Source: Dehalococcoidales bacterium (lineage in GTDB: Bacteria; Chloroflexota; Dehalococcoidia; Dehalococcoidales; RBG-16-60-22). From it: a stretch of DNA of 64,000 nucleotides. The notes beneath the pieces were generated by a model. That model was given only the letters and a program-made list of their open reading frames with translations, did no database searches and was not told the origin of the DNA. This document shows positions 27,882 to 34,957 of the stretch, in pieces. Position numbers and translations under genes: made by a program. Each line of letters begins with the position of its first letter. The stretch's first letter is position 1. Location of the stretch: NCBI GenBank assembly GCA_028714335.1, contig JAQTMM010000001.1:8181-72180 (forward strand), given 5' to 3'.

Positions 27882-29030
27882 TTGGTGAAAAAATCTATTT
27901 CCTTTACTATTTTAGTTTCTCTTCTCATTCTAGTATTATTAACCTCAACATCATGCGACAAGATATTTAATACGACATCAGGCCAACAAACCACGACTAC
28001 TCAAGGCCAGACCACAACCACCACGACAAGCCAAACCTCAACGACCCAAACTACCACTACAACCACAACTACAGCGCAAGCGGGCACCTGGTCTTTTTTG
28101 GGGCCATCCAACGTGGACGGCACGGATATCGCCATCTCGCCCAATGATCCGCAGACCATTTATCTTGCCAGCAACGGCGGCGGTATCTATAAAAGCACGG
28201 ACGGCGGCGTAAGCTGGACGACTAAGAACAGCACACTTCTCAATGCTAATATCTGTGCTGTCGCTGTTGATCCGTATAACTCCAATGTAGTTTATGCCGC
28301 TTCGGTGGAATACCCCATCATGGGGCTGTTCCGCTCTATCGACGGTGGTGACCAGTGGTCCACAGTGATTACCGATTCCCCGGTTAACGAAGTATACATC
28401 GACCCATCAAACAGCAACATAGTTTATGCCGCCATTCACGCCCAGGGACTCTGGAAATCCACCGATGGCGGTAACACGTGGGCAGTAACGGGCATCGCCA
28501 GCGCGATTGTTAATGCTGTTGCTGTTGACCCTAACAACTCTAATATTGTGTACGCCGGCGGGGAAAACTGGGGGGATACGGAGTTGGGTGGTCTTTTTAG
28601 GTCCACCAACGGCGGCGCTACTTTCCAGTCTAATGGGCCGTATGGTAAATTGATCTACTGCATTGCTATTGACCCTTCGAACACCAACCGAGTTTATGTT
28701 GGGGCTAAAGGCCCGTGGGACATCCCCAGCTCCGGACTCTGGAGAACCAACGACGCCGGAGTGTCATGGCAATCTATCGCTTTTGGCAGCTATGAGATAC
28801 AAAGCCTGCTGATCAACCCCTCGTTGCCGAATGAGCTATACGCCATAGCCATCACCGGCAACCGGGAAGGCGCCATGCCCAACGCCGTCCCCTACATCAC
28901 GGTGGACTACGGTATGACATGGAGAGAAATTTCCGTGGGGTTATCAACAACGTCAACACTCCGCCTGGTATCTGACGGTCACGGTGAGATATACCTCGGC
29001 GCTTATTACGGAGTTTATAAACTCAATTAA
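27882..29030 (+). CDS. Secreted lipoprotein with BNR/Asp-box (beta-propeller) repeats and a poly-Thr linker
   Basis: GTG start follows the SD aggagg. Lipobox is LLTSTSC. A long T/Q-rich linker follows. At least six SxDxGxTW-like boxes are present (STDGGVSWT, SIDGGDQWS, STDGGNTWA, STNGGATFQ, TNDAGVSWQ, TVDYGMTWR). Confidence 0.8.
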   Translation: MVKKSISFTILVSLLILVLLTSTSCDKIFNTTSGQQTTTTQGQTTTTTTSQTSTTQTTTTTTTTAQAGTWSFLGPSNVDGTDIAISPNDPQTIYLASNGGGIYKSTDGGVSWTTKNSTLLNANICAVAVDPYNSNVVYAASVEYPIMGLFRSIDGGDQWSTVITDSPVNEVYIDPSNSNIVYAAIHAQGLWKSTDGGNTWAVTGIASAIVNAVAVDPNNSNIVYAGGENWGDTELGGLFRSTNGGATFQSNGPYGKLIYCIAIDPSNTNRVYVGAKGPWDIPSSGLWRTNDAGVSWQSIAFGSYEIQSLLINPSLPNELYAIAITGNREGAMPNAVPYITVDYGMTWREISVGLSTTSTLRLVSDGHGEIYLGAYYGVYKLN

Positions 29031-29047
29031 CGAGAAAGGACACTGAA

Positions 29048-30058
29048 ATGGGCCAGTACGATAAATACATCTGCACGACGCTAAAGAAAAGAGACCAGCT
29101 GCCGGGACCCAATCCGGAAGAGATTGATAAACTCCATGCGGCGGGCAAGCGCATCAGCATGGAGCACACGCTGTGGATTGACAGCGATATTATTCCGGGG
29201 GCATTCTACGGCGAGGCGACCTGGATATGGCCCGGTACTTATCCCGGCATAATCTCGCGTGAAGACCAGATGAAGCTGCCCACCAACGATAAACCGATGT
29301 TCCCTCACGCCCATGACTTTCCCGAATTGCTTTCGTGGTGGGGAACCAATCCAGAAAACCCTGCCGACACGGGCGAGATGGGGATGATTATGGGAGATGA
29401 ACTCGTTCCTCTGCCCAACAGCTGGGTGTGCTATATACCCGCCGGCATGAAACACATGCCCACGATGGGCAAAGGCACCAAAAGAACGACCAAACCGGTC
29501 TGCCACTGGACGTCGGGACCGGGGTTTTACGACCGCGAACACGAGGATAAAGAAGATATCCATGACCTGAAGACGTTTGAGATGCCCAAGGAAAAACCAC
29601 TAGCAGAACTGAATGCCACCAAATACTTTGTTTACGGCACTAAGCCGGGGCAGGCAAGGCAGAGATACATGCTGCCCTACGACCCGCAGTACGTCAAGCC
29701 GATGGCGCTGGTTGACGATGTGGTGGTGCCGGGCTGCGAGTTTGGGTGCGAGACGCTGTGGCTGCTGCCGGGTGATAAAAGCCAAGCCGGCTACAACATG
29801 ATACAGGAACAAAGCGTACCCTACGGCAGGTCAATTGTTTTTCAGGCAATGAACTTCGATGACATCACCGACCTTTGCGCTGAAGTGGAGTTATGGATAG
29901 GCGGTGAAAAGCTCGTCATCAACAAGACCTTCGGGGCTTACATACCCCCGGACATTAAAGCCGGCCCGATGATTATCCGCAATATTCAAAAGCAAGTATT
30001 CTTTATGATTTCCTATCCGGTGGGGGCGGGGTTAACTAAATGGCGGGGCGGGAAGTAA
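29048..30058 (+). CDS. Hypothetical protein, probable bicupin (N-terminal half with metal-binding cupin motifs)
   Basis: 336 aa with no signal peptide. HAHDFPE (HxHxxxE) and IPAGMKHMP (PxGxxH) match cupin motifs 1 and 2. The second half is cupin-like without ligands. It starts 18 nt after the BNR gene. Confidence 0.5.
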   Translation: MGQYDKYICTTLKKRDQLPGPNPEEIDKLHAAGKRISMEHTLWIDSDIIPGAFYGEATWIWPGTYPGIISREDQMKLPTNDKPMFPHAHDFPELLSWWGTNPENPADTGEMGMIMGDELVPLPNSWVCYIPAGMKHMPTMGKGTKRTTKPVCHWTSGPGFYDREHEDKEDIHDLKTFEMPKEKPLAELNATKYFVYGTKPGQARQRYMLPYDPQYVKPMALVDDVVVPGCEFGCETLWLLPGDKSQAGYNMIQEQSVPYGRSIVFQAMNFDDITDLCAEVELWIGGEKLVINKTFGAYIPPDIKAGPMIIRNIQKQVFFMISYPVGAGLTKWRGGK

Positions 30059-30330
30059 AAGATAAACATTATCGTGCCTTGAATGGTGGATTCCCGCCTC
30101 CGCGAGAATGACAGAATAGAGTGAAGGGGTGGGGAACAAAAATCCCATCCCTTTTGCTTTTGACAATTGATGCAGGAGTCAATCACCTGTTGCTTAATAC
30201 CGTTACATAACGTATACTTAAGATATAGTTCCAGTTTAGGTTAGTACAAACTTCTTAAAGTTTAATCAGAATAATATCAAGTATTGGATGACCTTAGCTC
30301 TAACTAAATAATAAGAGAGGAGGCCATCCA

Positions 30331-30669
30331 ATGAGTTTTACAGACAAAACCCTCACCTGTTCCGATTGCAACACTACCTTTACCTTCAGCGCTGAAGAAC
30401 AGGAGCAATTCCAATCGCGAGGTTACACCAACGAACCTAAACGCTGCCCGGAATGCCGTGAGACCAGGAAAGCCAACCGTTTTAACAACGAAGGCAACAG
30501 CTACGGGAATAACAGTTACAGTAACCGCAGTTTTAGTTCCGCACCCCGCCAGATGTTCGCGGCAGTTTGCTCCGATTGCGGCAAGTCAACCAGTGTACCA
30601 TTCGAGCCCAAACAGGGCCGACCGGTTTACTGCAGTGATTGTTACCGCAAAGTAAGAGACAGCCGGTAA
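30331..30669 (+). CDS. Zinc-ribbon protein with two CxxC...CxxC modules separated by an N/S-rich spacer
   Basis: 112 aa. Module 1 is CSDC...CPEC and module 2 is CSDC-x17-CSDC (CxxC-x17-CxxC type). A strong SD gagaggagg lies upstream. Confidence 0.65.
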   Translation: MSFTDKTLTCSDCNTTFTFSAEEQEQFQSRGYTNEPKRCPECRETRKANRFNNEGNSYGNNSYSNRSFSSAPRQMFAAVCSDCGKSTSVPFEPKQGRPVYCSDCYRKVRDSR

Positions 30670-30692
30670 CTTCCAACAAATTCACGAAAACG

Positions 30693-30724
30693 ATATGGGC
30701 TGTGTATATCTTCTCAGCCCATAT
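30693..30724 (+). terminator. Stable hairpin after the zinc-ribbon gene (terminator-like, no U-tract)
   Basis: Perfect 10-bp stem atatgggctg / cagcccatat with a 12-nt loop. Confidence 0.4.
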
Positions 30725-30765
30725 CCACTAAATCCTGTCAGAACTCACCGTAAAGGAGCATTATT

Positions 30766-31149
30766 ATGATTGCCAAAGCGCCTACTAAAAAAATGGAATT
30801 CGGTGAACATGACGAAGGTTTCATCAAACAACTTGCACAAGACATCGGCTGCTATTACTGTAAGTCGAATCAGCGCACTTATAGCCTTAACAGATTTAAA
30901 TCGAAAACACAGGGAGAAATGGGCGTCTTCGCCTGGGTTCATAAAGAAGGAGACGATTATTTCTGGGTATCTACCCGAAAAATCTGGATAGAAGCAGCTA
31001 AAGCCAAAGTATTAGCCCGCCGCAAATCCGCCAAACCATCCTGCTTCCCCCGCGATAATCAACACGCCGATGACAGCGTATGTTTAGACGCTAAAGACAA
31101 TTACGATAAAACCGTAAACTCGTTAAAACTTGTGCACAAGATGCGGTAA
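30766..31149 (+). CDS. Hypothetical protein (127 aa)
   Basis: SD aaggag lies 7 nt upstream of the ATG. No family recognised. It has a basic C-terminal half. Confidence 0.5.
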   Translation: MIAKAPTKKMEFGEHDEGFIKQLAQDIGCYYCKSNQRTYSLNRFKSKTQGEMGVFAWVHKEGDDYFWVSTRKIWIEAAKAKVLARRKSAKPSCFPRDNQHADDSVCLDAKDNYDKTVNSLKLVHKMR

Positions 31150-31167
31150 ACCCCGGACGGCTGTGTT

Positions 31168-32256
31168 TTACTCGAACTTTATGATATTGCGCAATGCCTC
31201 GCCCTTTTTCAGGGAATCTACAGCTTCGTTGATTTTCTCCAATGGGTAGTAGGCGGTAATAAGCTCGTCGAGCTTGAGTTTGCCAGCCTTGTAAAGCGAG
31301 ATAAGGAACGGGATATCAACGCTGGAGCGGATAGAGCCGCCGCCGGCACCGGTCAATATCTTTTCCCCGAAGATGAATTCAAGAGGAGTAAATTCTTTTA
31401 AGTCTCCCCCAGCTAGTCCAATGATAACCGTCATGCCCATGACACCGGACATAGAAAAGCCCATCCTAATCGCCTCCACCTTGCCCACCGTCACAAAAAC
31501 GTAGTCTGCACCCCTGCCATTGGTCATATCCTGCACGGCTTTTACGGGGTCTTTTTCCTTAGCAATGTTCACGGTATGCGTCGCGCCGAATTCGTTAGCG
31601 GTTTTCAGCTTGCTATCGAGGACGTCCACAGCGATAACAGGATAGGCGCCGGAGAAAACCGCCCCCTGGATTGAATTAAGGCCTACACCACCCGTCCCGA
31701 CGACTACAACGCTGCTCATAGCGGGTACTTTTGCCCGGTTGACCACCGCCCCGAAGCCGGAAGTCACCCCACAGGCCAGGAGACAGGCTTTATCCAGCGG
31801 CATGTCTTTGGGGATGGTGGTAACAAGCTCCTGAGGCACGGTGGTATATTCCACAAAGCCGCCCACAGGCCCTGCCATCAGCGCGAGGGGTTGCCCTTTG
31901 GCGTTCTTGTGCTTGGGCCGGCTAAAAGCGTCACGTTCCACGCAATAATGGGGTTTACCGATTTTACAATAGTAACACCTGCCGCAGCCGGAGGTCACCG
32001 TCCCGATGATAACGGTATCGCCTTTTTTGACCTTATAGACGCCCTCCCCGACCGCGTCAACGTAGCCGGAGGTTTCGTGGCCGGCCAGACCGGGCAACGG
32101 CGAAGGAATCTCTCCGGTAAAAAAGTGGAGGTCGCTATGGCAGACAGCGGTATAGGCAACCTTGACTTTAACCTCGCCTTTGCCGGGGTCATCCACCGTC
32201 ACGCCGTCCTCAACAACCAGTGGCTTATTGACTTCGTATAAAATCGCCGCTTTCAT
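31168..32256 (-). CDS. Zinc-dependent alcohol dehydrogenase (MDR family), paralog A
   Basis: Contains MKAAILYE..., catalytic Zn ligands CHSDLH and GHETSG, and structural Zn CGRCYYCKIGKPHYC. Start 32256 is chosen by analogy with the paralog and a purine-rich SD. Confidence 0.9.
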   Translation of the reverse strand: MKAAILYEVNKPLVVEDGVTVDDPGKGEVKVKVAYTAVCHSDLHFFTGEIPSPLPGLAGHETSGYVDAVGEGVYKVKKGDTVIIGTVTSGCGRCYYCKIGKPHYCVERDAFSRPKHKNAKGQPLALMAGPVGGFVEYTTVPQELVTTIPKDMPLDKACLLACGVTSGFGAVVNRAKVPAMSSVVVVGTGGVGLNSIQGAVFSGAYPVIAVDVLDSKLKTANEFGATHTVNIAKEKDPVKAVQDMTNGRGADYVFVTVGKVEAIRMGFSMSGVMGMTVIIGLAGGDLKEFTPLEFIFGEKILTGAGGGSIRSSVDIPFLISLYKAGKLKLDELITAYYPLEKINEAVDSLKKGEALRNIIKFE

Positions 32257-32283
32257 ATATTTGCCTTTCATCTAACTTTATGT

Positions 32284-33366
32284 CTACTCAAACATGATTA
32301 CGTTACGGAAGCCCTCGCCCTTTTCCGTCAGGGCCATAGCTTCATTGATTTTCTCCAGCGGGAAGTGGCCGGAAACCAGCTCATCCAGCTTAAGCCCGCC
32401 GGTCCGATACAGGTTGATAAGGTCAGGAATATCCTGTTGGAGATTGGTGGCGCCCATAAAGCTGCCGATGAGGTTTTTCTCGGTGGGAATCATATCCAGC
32501 GGGGTCAGGCTGACCTGGCTTTTATAGTTGGGTAGGCCAATCATGGCAACAGTGCCGCGAATGGCGGCAAAGGTAACGCCCTGGCTGATGGCGGCGGTAC
32601 TGCCCACAGTCACGAAGACGTAGTCCGCCCCTCTGCCATGAGTCAGTTTGAGGATTTCGTCTACGGCTTTTTCGTTTTTGGCGTTAACTGTATGGGTGGC
32701 GCCGAACTTCTTAGCCAGTTTCAGTTTGCCGTCCAGGACATCCACCGCGATGACAGGATAGGCGCCGATGTAAGCCGCACCCTGGATGGAGTTAATGCCC
32801 ACACCGCCAACGCCCATCACCACGACGCTCTGGAAGGGCCGTACCTTGGCGCGGTTGACCACGCCGCCAAAACCGGTAATAACACCGCAGGCAAGCAAAG
32901 CCGCCCTATCCAGAGGCATATCTTTGGGTACTTTAACTACCTGCGATATATCAACAACAACATGTTCCGCAAAGCCGCCGATGTTGCCCTTAAGGTCTAA
33001 AGGCTTACCGTTCTTGTTACGGACGCGAGGTTCCTGGGGTGGGTCAAAGCGGTGTTCACAGAGGTGGGGGTTGCCCGTAGTGCAGTAGTAGCATGTGCCG
33101 CAATGCGCCAGTAGGGAAACGACCACCGGGTCGCCGATAGCAACGGACGTTACACCCTCGCCGAGTTTTTCTATATAGCCGGCGGTTTCATGCCCCCCGA
33201 TAAAGGGTACGCCACCGGGCATTTCTCCCTTCATATCATGGATATCACTATGGCAGATAGCCGTAGCCGCCACGCGTATCATAACCTCCCCTTTACCCGG
33301 TTCGCGCAGGCTAACCTCCTCCAGCACCATGGGTTTGTTGAACTCATAACAAACGGCAGCCTTCAT
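32284..33366 (-). CDS. Zinc-dependent alcohol dehydrogenase (MDR family), paralog B
   Basis: 360 aa with MKAAVCYE..., CHSDIH, GHETAG and CGTCYYCTTGNPHLC. SD aaggagg lies upstream. Confidence 0.9.
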   Translation of the reverse strand: MKAAVCYEFNKPMVLEEVSLREPGKGEVMIRVAATAICHSDIHDMKGEMPGGVPFIGGHETAGYIEKLGEGVTSVAIGDPVVVSLLAHCGTCYYCTTGNPHLCEHRFDPPQEPRVRNKNGKPLDLKGNIGGFAEHVVVDISQVVKVPKDMPLDRAALLACGVITGFGGVVNRAKVRPFQSVVVMGVGGVGINSIQGAAYIGAYPVIAVDVLDGKLKLAKKFGATHTVNAKNEKAVDEILKLTHGRGADYVFVTVGSTAAISQGVTFAAIRGTVAMIGLPNYKSQVSLTPLDMIPTEKNLIGSFMGATNLQQDIPDLINLYRTGGLKLDELVSGHFPLEKINEAMALTEKGEGFRNVIMFE

Positions 33367-33543
33367 GAAATCCTCCTTTAAGAAAAACTATGAATGTAAT
33401 CTAATAAGGCCTGTTCAGAGCAAATCCTCTGTAAGAGGCTATAACATTGCATACAAATAAGTCAACTGCCGTTTTTGGGGCTATTGAAAGGCTTATAGAC
33501 CTTTGTCATAATGTGATATAATCATCCTTGAAGGTAACGAGAT

Positions 33544-34776
33544 ATGAGAACGCGTCCAAAGTGCCCTAAATGCGGTCAGGACATCATCGGCCAATTTTGC
33601 CGCTGGTGTGGAGAGCCTTTACCCGGCAGCCGCGCCGCTTTAGATAAGGAAAGGCAACAACGAGAAAATCCTGAGCCAGCAACTCAAGCGACCGTTACAC
33701 CCGACCCGAAAACTGCCGAACCGGTTAAAAAAGTTGAGGAAGCATTACCAAGGGCTCAAAAGGTTGCAGACCCGATGCCTAAAGTGGCGAATGAGTCTAT
33801 GGCTGAAAACGAAGAGTTTGAAGACGAGTTGCCGGAAATTAATGAGGCGGCGGAAGAAGATATCGAAGCACCTATAAACGAACCTCAAGCTATTATCGCC
33901 GACGCCCAGGAAGAAGCCCGTCAAATATTAGAGCAGGCGGAATTGGAAGCAGCGGAAATCACTGCTAGAGCTAAAAAACAGTCCGAAGAACGCGCCGGCA
34001 AATTACTCGCCGAGGCGACGAATACAGCGGGGCAAATCATCCGGGAGGCGGACGAGCAGACCAAGAAACTGCCGGACAGAGAAATCGTTGAAGCGACGGC
34101 GGAAAAATTGGTTGCCGAAGCGCGCCAGAGAGCTGACGAAATTGTCAGCGTTGCCGAAAGCACTGCCAGAGATCTGATGCAGCAGGAAAAAATCATGACC
34201 GAGGCTAGAAAAGAAGCCGATAAATTAATTAAAGAAGCGCAGGCTAAAGTGGCGGAAATAATCCAAAAAGGCGAACAGGACGCCAGAGAAATCAAGGAAG
34301 ACGCTGAAAAAGTCGCTAGTGATATTGCCGGACGGGCAAAGAACAGAGCCGACAAAATTAAGTATGAAGCAGAACTTGCCGCTAAAGAACTTGTATCTAA
34401 AGAAAGCGTATTGGCCGCCGCCAAAGTTGAAGTGAACAAAATAACCGCCGAGGCTAAGAAAAACGCCGCGCAGATTATCCGTGAAGCCAAGCGCACCGTA
34501 TCACAATTAAGGACCACAATTTCGAGCCAGGCGGAAAAAGAGGCTGCTGCATTCACCTCTAAAGCGGAAAAGAGCGCCGCGGCGGCGACGGCAAAAGCCA
34601 AAACTAAGGTCGAGGAAGAATCCGGTAAACTCCTCACCGAGGCACAGCAAAAAGCCAGGGAAATCGTGCGGAACGCCAAGGACACCGCTAAAGAAGCTTT
34701 GGGTAAAGCCAAAACACCTTCAAAATCGCGCACAGCCCCGGCTAAAAAATCCAGCCCGGCGGCAAAGCCAAAGTAA
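33544..34776 (+). CDS. Zinc-ribbon protein with long repetitive E/A/K-rich coiled coil and basic tail
   Basis: 410 aa. The N-terminus is CPKCGQDIIGQFCRWCGEPL, followed by an acidic linker. Reiterated A-E-A-x-x-x-A-x-x-I-I-x-E-A-like helical units follow (QIIREADEQ, DKLIKEAQAKVAEIIQKGEQDA, AQIIREAKR, AREIVRNAKD). An extended -10 tgtgatataat lies upstream. Confidence 0.7.
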   Translation: MRTRPKCPKCGQDIIGQFCRWCGEPLPGSRAALDKERQQRENPEPATQATVTPDPKTAEPVKKVEEALPRAQKVADPMPKVANESMAENEEFEDELPEINEAAEEDIEAPINEPQAIIADAQEEARQILEQAELEAAEITARAKKQSEERAGKLLAEATNTAGQIIREADEQTKKLPDREIVEATAEKLVAEARQRADEIVSVAESTARDLMQQEKIMTEARKEADKLIKEAQAKVAEIIQKGEQDAREIKEDAEKVASDIAGRAKNRADKIKYEAELAAKELVSKESVLAAAKVEVNKITAEAKKNAAQIIREAKRTVSQLRTTISSQAEKEAAAFTSKAEKSAAAATAKAKTKVEEESGKLLTEAQQKAREIVRNAKDTAKEALGKAKTPSKSRTAPAKKSSPAAKPK

Positions 34777-34920
34777 AGTAAAAAAAGCTACACAAAAGCC
34801 GATAAACACCCCATCTTCCCCACCAAAACATCCCCTTTTAGTTCAGTCACAATTTAGCCGTTTGCCTGATTTTTCACCCGAATTACTATTGATTTTGTAT
34901 TAACCCAGACTTTCGATGTA

Positions 34921-34949
34921 TGGACAATTAGCATAAATGTGCTTATAAT
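34921..34949 (+). promoter_or_regulatory. Candidate sigma-70-type promoter of the MMPL gene (possibly leaderless)
   Basis: TGGACA, a 17-nt spacer, then TATAAT. The ATG at 34958 is only 8 nt after the -10 box and no SD is present. Confidence 0.45.
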
Positions 34950-34957
34950 TTACTAAG

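Noticed and set aside
27990-28080. Low-complexity acc/aca tandem-like DNA, with similar aag/gaa tracts at 61330-61640, considered as a possible CRISPR array or microsatellite
   Set aside because: Both tracts lie inside well-supported reading frames (the poly-Thr linker and the L9 tail). There is no repeat-spacer periodicity, and no CRISPR-like array exists anywhere in the window.
29081-29563. 160-aa minus-strand ORF, plus several 60-70-aa ORFs, within the bicupin gene
   Set aside because: It is R/P/G-rich antisense translation typical of GC-rich coding DNA. The plus-strand frame carries both cupin motifs and a proper SD.
30085-30112. gtggattcccgcctccgcgagaatgac hairpin after the bicupin gene, reminiscent of short GC-rich palindromic repeat units seen in many genomes
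   Set aside because: There is only one copy in this window. It is most simply explained as part of the terminator region, together with the G-rich hairpin and T-run at about 30123-30160.
33921-34733. 270-aa ORF on the minus strand, opposite the zinc-ribbon/coiled-coil gene
   Set aside because: It is a mirror artefact of the GAA/GCN/AAA-rich repetitive coding strand. Its translation is low-complexity S/A/L/F with no start context. The plus-strand gene has a promoter, an SD and a recognisable zinc ribbon.
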